Part shown: positions 27,646 to 39,163 of the stretch, piece by piece
Numbering within the stretch: the first letter of the stretch is position 1
Layout of the letters: each line of letters starts with the position of its first letter
DNA from: Azolla caroliniana
Taxonomy: Eukaryota; Plantae; Polypodiophyta
NCBI GenBank assembly: GCA_043228905.1
Contig: JBHGNT010000001.1
Coordinates: 31,682,001 to 31,746,000, forward strand
Reading direction: 5' to 3'
DNA length: 64,000 nt
Position numbers and translations under genes: made by a program
Notes under the pieces: model-generated
What the model was told of the DNA's origin: nothing
The model's database searches: none
The model's input: the letters and a program-made list of their open reading frames with translations, nothing else

Positions 27646-30600
27646 TCACTCATTTTCGTAGTCTGCATAGTCCTCTAAGTCGCTTATTAAAGAAACACCC
27701 CATATATATGCAAATGCAAGAACAGCAACAGCTTGTGCTCCAAGGAAAATTTTTGTTCTTTGCTTAAATAGTTTTGTTTTTTCAGATCTCTCCTTGGGCT
27801 CTTGTTCTTTGCGGGTCCTTGTAGAAGCTGCTAGTAAATAACAGTTGACAACTAATTATTGGAAACAAACTTCACCCATAATCAGAATAATAACATGCTC
27901 ATGCACGGGACAAGAGCCTTCATATATGTTAACCAAATATCACAACCAGCTAGGGTCTATTTTTTAAGAGGGTATCTAAAACCTCGGCTGATAGTTCACA
28001 ATTATGTTACAAAATTTCCTTGGTTTTATACATACGGATATATATACCTTTAGTGTAGTTTGCTGTTGTTTTTGGAGTTGCATAGATAGATTTGGCAATG
28101 GGTGTCGTGCCTCGACCTTCTAAAAACTCAGTTCGTAGATCTTCAGCATACTTGATCAAGTTTGGATACTTCTGAAACTCTCCTTTCAGTAATGAATTTT
28201 CCTGCCAAATTAAATAATATCTATCAATATCTATATTAACCCTACCATAACAGCAATGGACACCAGAAGAAAGCTTGCATTCTTTGTGAGGACAGCATGC
28301 CTCATGGCTGCTCAAGACAATAATCAGTAAACTGAAGCAGATTGTAGTTGAAGAGCTGTTGAATGGTATTGCTAACAAAAAATGATAATACAACTAAATT
28401 CTCACAATGCAGTATACTCTGTTTTTTCATTCTCATGTGAGGCCAAATAAATCTATCAATGAAGAAGATATGTTCGTATTGGATGGGTCACTAGTTACTC
28501 AGAATCCTACTTTTTAAAATAACAAGGGACTTTGGATACAAAAAGTTGCACAAAGTGCTTAAATTCAATATTGCGATTAAACTTTGAAGGACAAGAAACA
28601 CTTACCAGAGGTACATGCAGAACAAATAGGGCATGGCTGAGAAATAAAGCATCTACACTTGATGGCCTGTGACATCCTTGCACAAACATGATCTACAGAA
28701 TAAGATACTTATTGCAGTTAAGTCTAAATACCTAGATACAAAATTACCTTGTTTTCATGAAGTACTTGTAGTTATTGAGCAGATTTGAGAAAGATTCATA
28801 TGCCTCAGTTGCTTTCCTTGCAATCTGCAAATAAAGATGAATCAGAGTTAATTTTGGTTTTAAACAACCAGTAAACTACATAAAATTAGAACAATTGCAT
28901 ACTTAATTTTAGGTTTGTGTATTCAAATAGCAATCAACAGTGGTTTGATTTAAATCACTAATGAACCATACAACTGTGACTCAACAGCTAAACAGCATGA
29001 ACAGTTTGGTTCGAATTTCAAAATTAGAAAACGGTTTGATTTGGGTTAGATTTAGCTTGCGGAGGTAACAGATGATTTGAAATGTATTTGGTTTATGGTT
29101 TATAAAGCTTGAAATTACAGCTTAAACGGCTTCTAGGGCCATTTTTATAATACAACTTACTGTTAAAATAGAAACCCTAACATATTTAAAAATTGATGAA
29201 TTTCAATTTCATTTTTTATACAAAATAGTTAGGATCTTTTATGCACTTTGGTTTTGAAAGGTTTATTTAGGTTTGACAATTTCTTCAGTTTTGTTGTTGT
29301 TTCAATAATTAAAAAAAGTTTGAGTTTGAGACTCCCAAATCAAAAGCATGTTAACTTTATCTTTGCCATATTTATCCTAATCTTTGCATACACAATCAGA
29401 TGCCCATGCATACAGTGAATGAATCTCCCTACTAAAATTATGCTCTCATGAATTTGATTTATAATAATCATTTCTAGCCTTAACACTTTATTTATTGAAA
29501 AAACAATATTACTAAAATATTAACAAGTCAAATAATTAACCAGAGACAATGTAAAACAGGGTTAAAAGAAATGTCAAACATATTCTCACCACGTCCAACA
29601 CCACCTAAGATTTTCACACAATAGTCAAATGACCATAATCTTAAACTTGACCGTATATTTTGATGAGATTTTGAATGTGAAATAATCTCATAGTAAAATA
29701 CTGGATAGTGAATTCTGCACATTTCAGGATAATGATGACCTGGTTTGAAATTTCAACATTGGACAGAAAATACAACACTGATCTACCTCATTTTTGAAGG
29801 GGAAGGATGAAGGTGTACCTCATCAGTTCTGGATTCCATATTAAACTTTCTCAGCCCTAATAGTTCCCGATTCCGCATTTGCTGTTTCCAATGTAAGATT
29901 TTGTTAATTGGCCAAGGCAAAGCCTTGAAATAAATTCTTTGAGCAATCTTTTTGTTTTCATTGCTCCATAGTTCACACAACAATGCATTTTGGAGATGTG
30001 ATTCAACTAATGCACTGAGAGCTCGAATCTGAGCAATCTCCTCATTCGAGAATCCTGCATCAAGGTCGGTAATATCTTCTGCCTTGAGAAACTCCACAAT
30101 ACCCCCTCCTTCTCCAGAGAACACAGCTTTTTCTCTATATTCTAGAGTTGGCAAGTCCTCTGCAATGTAATAAAATAACATTCAAGGTTCAATTCAGACC
30201 AAGAGACGGAAGAACAGGTTCAATGAAGAGCAAGAAAGCAGAAAATTAAGGAGATGCCGTGCGATGAACTTCTATTTGAGGGCAAATAATCAGAAAAATT
30301 TCAATTTGAACCAATTAAGAGCGACTAAACATAAAGGGAGCAAAACGTAAGATCCACATCGAATGAATGAAGCAGAAAAAAGTTCACGGAAGAGAAAGAA
30401 AACATAAAATGATGATAAATTACGGGCTAACTCCTAGAGATTAATTAGAAAACATATTGTTTCAGAGAATATAAGCAGGGTGAGATGCATAAAGGAAGGG
30501 ATAACCATATATTCAATCAAGATCCAATTCGGACTGAGTAAGCAGAAAACATCCAGTCAGGATCCATTTCAAGCAGACTAGGCAGCAACAAAAGCACAAA

Positions 30601-30860
30601 AAGAAGCAGACGCCCTAGAAAAATATGAAGAAAAGGAAAGGTAAAAAAAAGTGGAAACCTGAATCCGGCACGGTGTCGTTGTAGAAGATGGAGAAGTTGA
30701 CTTCTGAGAGCTTCAGGTAGACGAAGGAAGGCAAGCAGAGAGGGCAAGAAGTCGGCAAGCCCCAGGCCGGGCCTCTGGTAATGAGAAGGATACCATCATC
30801 AGAGGGTGGTGGAGGAGGAGGATCAGAAGAAGAAGAAGGAGGAGGAGGAGGAGAAGCCAT
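27646..30860 (-). CDS. MTX1: Metaxin (mitochondrial outer-membrane SAM complex protein), 6 exons
   Basis: LITRGPAWGLPTSCPLCLPSFVYLKL, LPWPINKILHWKQ, RPSSVDALFLSHALFVL, YPNLIKYAE, and C-terminal TM FLGAQAVAVLAFAYIWGV plus acidic tail. Exons ~30659-30860, 29819-30159, 28748-28825, 28606-28667, 28047-28202, 27646-27830. Confidence 0.92.
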
Positions 30861-31033
30861 AGCTTCTGTCTCTGTCTCTGTATCAGAGACTCTGTTTCAG
30901 AGTCTATTATCTCTGTCTTAAACCCTTGAAAATAATATGTTTGAAGATTATATATGTAGTAATGTATGTACATACATATGTATGCATATCTCGTTTATTA
31001 TTTATTTAACTCAAGAAACAAGTGCAGAGCAGC

Positions 31034-31095
31034 TTTTTCTTCTTCTTCTTCTTCTTCTTCTTCTTCTACTACTACTACTACTATTGCTACTACTC
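31034..31095. repeat. Compound (CTT)n(CTA)n microsatellite upstream of metaxin
   Basis: Read directly. Confidence 0.9.
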
Positions 31096-32487
31096 CTTCA
31101 CAAATCTCTTTCATGTGATGGATGGATGCACACCTTCCTTCCTTCATGTGCAAACAAGCGAACAATCAAACAAACAAACGAAAAGAGGAATGGGTGACCC
31201 CATCCTACTTCGTTGATGGGGAATTGTCGCCACCTGTTTCTTATGGGCGTGCACTTGGTTGCGACTAGCCTCTTGGCCAATGACTCTCTCTGACTGGATT
31301 TCACTTGGTGATGTTATACACATTTTGGCTCGAAACGACAAAGCACCTCCCAAACAAGTACAGTCTCAATCGATTGAGCCATCAAGTTTTTCAATATCAA
31401 CGAAAAGACCAACTCAAGCCTTTGTGCCCATAAGATGAAATTATGGATTGTGGTGGAGCTCCTTTGTAACCACAATGGTGAGGCACTCATGATTATGCCT
31501 TTGTGGAAGATGAGCCAACATTTAATAGTTCTTAGATTAGTGGTAATTAATTATGTTTAAGCATTTATTATGATTAATAAAAACATGCAACATATTTTTC
31601 ACGCCTACTTCATGCCAAGATATCATGTCAACAAAAATCTTGGGAGTAACAAATATTTTGATTGTGAAGTTATCAAGCATGTTTTACGAGTTTGATTTTG
31701 AGATTGTGATCCTAGCACTATTCTAGTTTTGTTATGATTGGATAAAAGTGGGAAATATTTATGGTTCTAGTTTCAATTCTTGTCAAGCTATGACACGAAT
31801 ATAGAAATGTGGATATCATAGGTGCCAAGATCATGATTAATGAAGTAATTAGCAAGAGAAGACAAGAATGGAATGGATTAAGGGTGCTTTTACAACCACC
31901 CTCAAACAAAGAACAAGAGCCAAAAAGAAAATCCCATAGATGTCCTTGTAACATATATCAGGAGTCAACTTGAATATGGATGTGAAATATGAGACCTTTG
32001 CCTCACCAATGGAGTCTTTGAGATGCTATGTCGACGGTGATAGTAAGTCCCTTTTATATTATCAAAATAGTTGAGGTCCTAAACCACCACATGTTTCCAT
32101 GTTTCCATGTCTCCTAGATTCTTAAGGTTTGTCTCAAGGCCTACATTGATATTTCTAGCTAATTTACAATGTCATAATTGAATGCGATTTTGGAAGATGC
32201 ATTGGACAGGCACATGACATTTTAGTATAGGTTGGTCCAAATTTCAATAAGTGGCAAAGTGAGTAGCTAGATGAACACACTAACATGAAACAATACAAGG
32301 TTAGTCAACAAAGTTATATTCAAGTGCAGATGAATCCAATTGATTATGCTTATATGTTTACTATTGTTTTGCATAATTGCAATATATATAAGTATGCATG
32401 TTTTTGCAAGCATAAGATAATATTCTTTCGTCCATTCATTTGCACATAACTTTTAATTACCAAAAATCACACTAGTCAATGTGTAAC

Positions 32488-32956
32488 TGTTAAGAAAACG
32501 TGAAGAAGGCACTCGGGCTCTTCTTTTGTATGCGCGGCGGATCGTAGTGTGTTGGATCGTTAGCGTGCTCTAAACAGACAGAGAAAGGAAAGGGGACTTA
32601 CCTCTGTAGTAGCAAAATGGTTTTCTTCTATTACATGTAGAGCTCAACTTGCTCTCGTCAGTCTTCTGGTCTCTCACTCTCTCTCAGAGTTCTCTACTCA
32701 CTATTCTCTGTTTTTTCTTACTACTTACTTCCTATTCACTCTACCTTACTTTTACCTAAGTCATAAGTTATTACACATGCAGCTAATTAGCTGCCAGTAG
32801 CTAATTAGCTGTCAGTCGCTAAATAGTTGTTCACTAGCTAATTAGCTGTCACTAGCTAAATAGCTGTTTTACCTTTTTTGTTCACTAGTAGCTAAATAGC
32901 TACTATAGCTTATTTCTCATAAGCATCACATACCATGTTGAGCTTGCTTCTCAACA
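32488..32956 (-). repeat. 3' LTR of the Copia element (469 bp)
   Basis: TG...CA termini, adjacent to the PPT, about 7 substitutions and one 18-bp indel versus the other LTR. Confidence 0.96.
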
Positions 32957-32996
32957 CTCCCCCTCAAGCTCAACTTATTCTTGCTTGAGGTTCTCT

Positions 32997-35900
32997 TCAA
33001 TCTTCTTTTCCATTTTGCTTTTTAGCCATCTCATCAATGTTTACAACTCCCATCATGTTCCGAAACTGTGTATGCTTTTCCACACTCAATCCCTTTGTGA
33101 GAATATCAGCAACCTGCTGATTTGTATTCACATACACCAGATCAACTTCTCCTTCAATCACTTTTTCTCTAACAAAGTGATAATGCACTTCAATGTGCTT
33201 TGTTCTTGCATGGAACACAGGGTTCTTTGCAAGTTGAATGCTGCTCATGTTGTCACACCAGATTGTGACAGTACCGTCTATATACTCTCCCAAATCAGCA
33301 AGCAATCTTCTAATCCATACCTCTTCACAAGTGGCTATGGTAGCTCCTCTGTACTCAGCTTCAGTACTAGACAATGCAACAGTAGCCTGTTTCTTGCTAC
33401 TCCATGAAATACCTGCACTTCCCAATGTAAAGATATATCCACTTGTGGATCTCCTGTCTGTTTGGCTTCCAGCCCAATCGGCATCTGTATATCCTTCCAG
33501 ATTTATGTCTAGATCAGCCCTGTAAAATAGTCCAAAGTTCTGAGTTGCTTTTACATACCTCAGAATCCTTCTGATGCAGTCCAAATGTGGCTTTGTTGGC
33601 TGTTGCATAAACTGGCTGACTAATCCAACAGCATAGCTCAAATCAGGTCTTGTTATGGTCAAATAAATAAGGCTGCCCACCATAGACCTGTACATGTTTA
33701 CATCTTCTATCTTGGCTCCCAAATCAGCCCTCAACTTGCAGTTTTTATCAAGTGGTACAACAATAGGTTTGCATCCAAGCATACCATACTTTTTCAACAT
33801 AGTTGTTGCATACTGTTTTTGCAACATACATATACCACTTTCAGATCTGATGATTTCAATACCAAGAAAATATCTCAGATCTCCCAAATCTTTCATATGA
33901 AACTGCATTTCCAGATTTTTTTTCAACTTTCTTATTTCATCCACGGAATCTCCTCCAATAATCAAATCATCTACATAAATCAGAATAATAACAATGCAAT
34001 CATTTTCACTTTTTACATACAAAGAAGGATCAGCTTTTGACATTTTGAAACCAAGATTTTTCAGAGAATCTGAAAGTTCTCTGTGCCATGCTCTTGGTGC
34101 CTGTTTCAGTCCATAGAGAGCTTTTTTCAGCTTACATACATAATCAAGATGTTTCTTATCTTCAAAACCTGGTGGTTGACTCATATACACTTCTTCTTCC
34201 AAGTTACCATGTAAAAAGGCATTTTTTACATCCATGTGATGCAAAATCCATTTTCTGGCTGCTCCTACAGCAAGTAGTGTTCTCAAGGTTGCCATCTTTG
34301 CAACCGGTGCAAAAGTCTCATCATAATCAATCCCTTGCATCTGGGCATATCCTTTTGCAACCAATCTTGCTTTATGTCTACTTATATTCCCATTGGAGTC
34401 ATGCTTTGTCTTGTAGACCCATTTGCAGCCTACCACATTTTTCTCTTTTGGTAACTTCACTAAATCCCACGTTTTGTTCTCAGCCAATGCATCAATCTCT
34501 TCTTGCATTGCATCCATCCATTTTTTCTCAGATTTTGCTTCTTCAAAGCTGTTTGGGTCAGGGATCTGTACCACCTTAGACATATATGCATAGTGCATAG
34601 CCATATATGTATCATACCCAAATCTTTCCACAGTCTTTTTCTCTCTATCTGATCTTCTCAGTTTCTGATTTGCATTCTTTATTGCCTTTTCCATACCAGG
34701 GATTTTCATTTCCTGTATTCCAAGGAAATCATCCAAAGACATATCTGAATCTTCATCTTCCATGTTTTTTGATAGGTCATCCGGGATTTCATACTCTGGC
34801 ATTTTCTGTTTTCCTTTTTTGTCATCAGATTTTTTCTGTCCAGTTTTTCCACTCCATGAATTTGAATCAGATTTACCATCTGAGCTTTTTGATGGTCCAG
34901 AACATTCTGTTGATGTTGGACTTTGCTATCCAACCTTGTCTCCATCTCTGTGACAGTCTTCTACATTTTCTGATCTGTCTTTGTCTTCATTTTGACAGTC
35001 TTCATCAGTCTCTAGATTCTGTTTTGGGCTGTACCAACTAGCCAACTCATCAAATATCACATCTCGACTTGTCACAATCTTTTTAGTCACAGGGTTATAA
35101 CATCTGTACCCTTTTTGTTCTTCTGAATATCCAACAAAGATACATTTTTCTGCTTTTGGATCCAACTTACTTCTTACTTCTGCAGGCACATGTACATATG
35201 CAAGGCATCCAAACACTTTCAAGTGTTGTAAGCTAGGCTTCCTGCCATAAAAACACTCTTCAGGAGTTGCCTCATGTACTCTTGATGTAATACATCTATT
35301 TAAAATGTAATTTGCTGTATTTACAGCTTCTGCCCAATAGTATAATGGCATGTTCTTCTCAGTCATCATTGCCCTTGCTATGTTCACCAATGTTCTGTTT
35401 TTCCTCTCAGCAACTCCATTTTGCTGTGGAGTATATCTACATGTGAACTGTCTTCTTATTCCCCGATTACACAAAAAATCAGAAAATTCATTGGAGAAAT
35501 ACTCTCCTCCTCCATCAGATCTCAAACATTTTATCCTTGTACCAGCCTGCTTTTCTACCATGCATTTAAACTTACGAAAACAGTCAAATACTTCACTTTT
35601 CTCCTTCATGAAGTACACCCATGTCTTCCGTGAACAATCATCAATAAATGTAACATAAAATCTGCATCCACCAATAGATGCATTCTTTGTTGGTCCCCAT
35701 ACATCTGTATGTACCAAATCCAACAGATTTTTGCTTACATGTCTTTCATGAGGGAATGGCAACCTGTTTTGCTTACCATATTGACATGCTTCACATACTT
35801 TTCCCATTTCACACTTTTTCAAGTTTGGCAGTCCAGCCACTGCATCTTTTCTCAACATATTCTTTAATGTTTGCATACTTATATGGCCAATCCTTTTATG

Positions 35901-37322
35901 CCACATTTCCACATCTGAGATTACACTCGTTCCATTTGCAAACATGGCTGAAATCTGTTTGGGCATTTCTACATCCAAGATAAACATTCTTCCTTGTCTC
36001 TTCCCTTTTGCAATGAGCTTCCCATTCTTTTCTATATAGCATCCACTTTGCTTAAACTTCACTTGCATACCTTGCTCTACTATCTGTCCAACAGAAATCA
36101 GATTCTTAGCAAGGTTTGGAACATGCATCACATTCAACATATACTTGGTTTTTCCTCTTTCTTCCCACAATGGGATATCTCCAACATGTTTTATTTGGTG
36201 AGTTGTGTCATCACCTGTTTGTACATAACCAGGAACCTCTGGTTCTCTTAAACTCACAAACCAATTTGCATGTCCAGTCATATGGTTAGATGCCCCCGAG
36301 TCTACATACCACGTAAACTCTTCATTACATTTCTGTGAGCTTTCAGCCACTGCTGCTATCTCATGTTGCACTACAAAACCACCTTCCTTTTCACAATCTT
36401 CACTAGTAGAGGCATAGTTACTCTGTTGTCCTTTTCCTCTTTTCTCATCATTTTGTTTCTTGTAACATTCAGCCTGTGTATGGCCTGGTTTACCACAATA
36501 CCATCAGCCATCATCATTTACATAAGTTTGCTTACCTCTACCTCGGTTGCTCCCCCTGCCTCTGTTGTTGTTTCCTCCTCTATGAGCTTGTTGTCCTCTT
36601 CCTTGAAAGCCATTATTATTGGTTCTTCCTGAGCCAAATCTTCCATGGCCTCTTCCTCGGCCTCTTCTGGCATTATTATAGAGGGCTTGCCCCTCGTTCT
36701 CTGAGTTTCCTTTATTTGCATCATCCATCTGATTCCTTTCCTCTACCACAAGCATTGAGACCAGATCTGAAAAACTTGGGGTACTATCCCTTGTGAGCAT
36801 AGAAGTTTTAAAACTCTTGTATTGAGGTCCTAAGCCTCTTAAGCATATTTCCACTTTGTCATCATCTTCTATCTTCACATTGATAGAAGCAAGTGATTCA
36901 CATATACTCTTGATTTTTAGGGCATACTCATTTATTGACATCTTACCTTTTTCTAAGGTATTTAGCTCAGTCTTCAACTGTAGCTTTCTAGCTTTTGTGT
37001 TTACTGCAAACAGTTTTACCAAATTGTCCCAAGCTTCTTTTGGGAGCATAGCATCCTGTATGTGCCCAAGCATCGAATCTGAGATGCTAAGTGAGAGCCA
37101 ATGCAGTACCTTCCTTGCCCCTTGATTCCAATCTTTGAATGCTTTAATCTGTGCTGCTGTGGCATTTTCTTCTGGGATCTCCGGAGCCTCTTCTAGGTCT
37201 CCTTTAATGTAATCCCAGTATCCTTTCCCCATTAGGAAATTTGTCATTCTAAATTTCCACGCCGGGAAATTGTTTTTATCTAATTTCTCTGTGACCATTT
37301 GGCCTACATTCTCTGCAGCCAT
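32997..37322 (-). pseudogene. Copia gag-pol polyprotein interrupted by two in-frame stop codons
   Basis: ORFs 36504-37322 (gag), 34926-36371 (PR WYVDSGASNHM, GAG-pre-integrase WHKRIGH, INT VHTDVWGP..LRSDGGGEY..PQQNGVAERKNR) and 32997-34802 (RT IYVDDL, RH GYTDADWAG) are all in one frame, separated by TGA 36504-36506 and TAG 34926-34928. Confidence 0.92.
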
Positions 37323-37466
37323 TTTTTTCCTTCCAAAAAACCAGGGTTTTGCTTTAGTTACTTCAACAAGTAACTTTCTGATTTCTGATCAGCAACCAGA
37401 GAAATAACTTTCTCAGATTAAGGCACTGCTATACTCTTCCTTACGAGCTACTCTGCTCTAATACCA

Positions 37467-37953
37467 TGTTAAGAAAACGTGAAGAAGGCACTCGGGCTCT
37501 TCTTTTGTGCGCGCGGCGGATCGTAGTGTGCTGGATCGTTAGCGTGCTCTAAACAGACAGAGAAAGGAAAGGGGACTTACCTCTGTAGTAGCAAAATGGT
37601 TTTCTTCTATTACATGTAGAGCTCAACTTGCTCTCGTCAGTCTTCTGGTCTCTCACTCTCTCTCAGAGTTCTCTACTCACTATTCTCTGTTTTTTCTTAC
37701 TACTTACTTCCTATTCACTCTACCTTACTTTTACCTAAGTCATAAGTTATTACACATGCAGCTAATTAGCTGCCAGTAGATAATTAGCTGTCAGTCGCTA
37801 AATAGCTGTTCACTAGCTAATTAGCTGTCACTAGCTAAATAGCTGTCACTAGCTAAATAGCTGTTTTACCTTTTTTGTTCACTAGCAGCTAAATAGCTAC
37901 TATAGCTTATTTCTCATAAGCATCACATACCATGTTGAGCTTGCTTCTCAATA
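37467..37953 (-). repeat. 5' LTR of the Copia element (487 bp)
   Basis: Adjacent to the PBS. The outer terminal CA is mutated to TA and there is one extra 18-bp repeat unit. Confidence 0.96.
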
Positions 37954-39163
37954 GTAACAAGTCATATTATTATCATTTTCTAATGCTAAATGAATTCTTA
38001 TTGCCTGTTTAATTGATGGAATTTGTGTTTCAAGTAAGTTGGATTGAAAACTGAATTTTGATAGTTTTAACTTTTGGTTATTACTTGAGATTTTGGGTGT
38101 AGTAAATGGCCATTTGTATTTGTTTTAGGATTTGTCTCAATTCACATATCATTACTACTCTACTCACCTTGTACTATAATGTAAAAGGTCACTTAAGGGA
38201 TTGTGAAAGACATGCCAAATGCATATGAGAAGAAGAGAGTGCATGAGTAACCATATAAGATACATGCAGCACACAATTCAGTAGATAAGAAAAAGATACA
38301 GAACTAAAGATACATACCAGAGAATTCCATCTCAGTATAAAGCTTATTATGTTTCTGGCATTATAATATGCATAATAACCCAAGAAATAGAATTTGCAGC
38401 ATGGTCTGACTAACCATGTTTTGTGACTGACATGTCTAAATCTCAACTTACACATCAGGTTAGATAAAGCTTTACTGATTTATGGCCTCACGTTAAGAGG
38501 TTTAATATTTATGACATCATGCTAGTAGATAGAGATTTACTCTTGGCTCAATTTTGGAATCGCCGCACTCCAACTTAGGTCGGAAATTCCAATAAATTGT
38601 CAAATTTGATTGCGGCATACAATAGAATCCAACACCAGCATACAATAGAATCTAAGTGTAACTCATATATATATGCTTTGATTAAATTGCGATTCGCATT
38701 TCTCCATACGGCATTCAATTTGGCAACATGTAATAGAACGACAACTGTAACTTATACGCTATGGCATTTATATTACATGTCCAAAATCAAAGTGCAGTTA
38801 TCACTAGATGGATTAGGTTGGCAGCATATCATTACAACTTAAACATTGTCAAGATTGAATTGTAAGCTTGACACGGACATATATCTCACACCAAATCATA
38901 TGAAGACATATCCACTATTTAAAGACATGACTGTAAAATAAAATAATCATTTACGCAAACTTACACTATACCATAGCATTATAACATGTGATGATCATTT
39001 GGCAAAATCCTCAGAAAACACACCCACATTTAAAGATATATCATATAACATGAGATAATCAATAAACCAGTCTGCATATACAGTGCAGGTCCGGACTAAT
39101 TAAAGATGAGAAATAAAAACCCATTGAAATTGTTCTATATTGCTGCAGCTTGCAGCGTTTTTC

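Larger units (their letters stand above)
32488..37953 (-). mobile_element. Full-length Ty1/Copia LTR retrotransposon
   Basis: LTRs at 32488-32956 and 37467-37953, TSD GTAAC (32483-32487, 37954-37958), PBS TGGTATTAGAGC (tRNA-iMet-like, 37455-37466 minus), PPT GAGGGGGAG (32957-32965 minus). Domain order is gag-PR-INT-RT-RH. Confidence 0.98.

Noticed and set aside
30790-30860. Novel N-terminal extension on metaxin
   Set aside because: The poly-Pro/Ser tract is explained by (CCT)n/(TCT)n microsatellite expansion.
32770-32910. Short regular repeats as a CRISPR-like array
   Set aside because: There are no unique spacers or cas genes, the context is eukaryotic, and the repeats are LTR-internal tandem units.
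34920-34928. Programmed readthrough at TAG-CAA in the Copia pol
   Set aside because: The context is TAG CAA AGT, not the CARYYA readthrough motif. A CAG>TAG transition is simpler, and another stop already breaks gag.
32985-37125. Numerous plus-strand ORFs over the Copia element, and similar ones over the UGT and DYW genes
   Set aside because: They are antisense shadows of real coding frames with no recognisable motifs.
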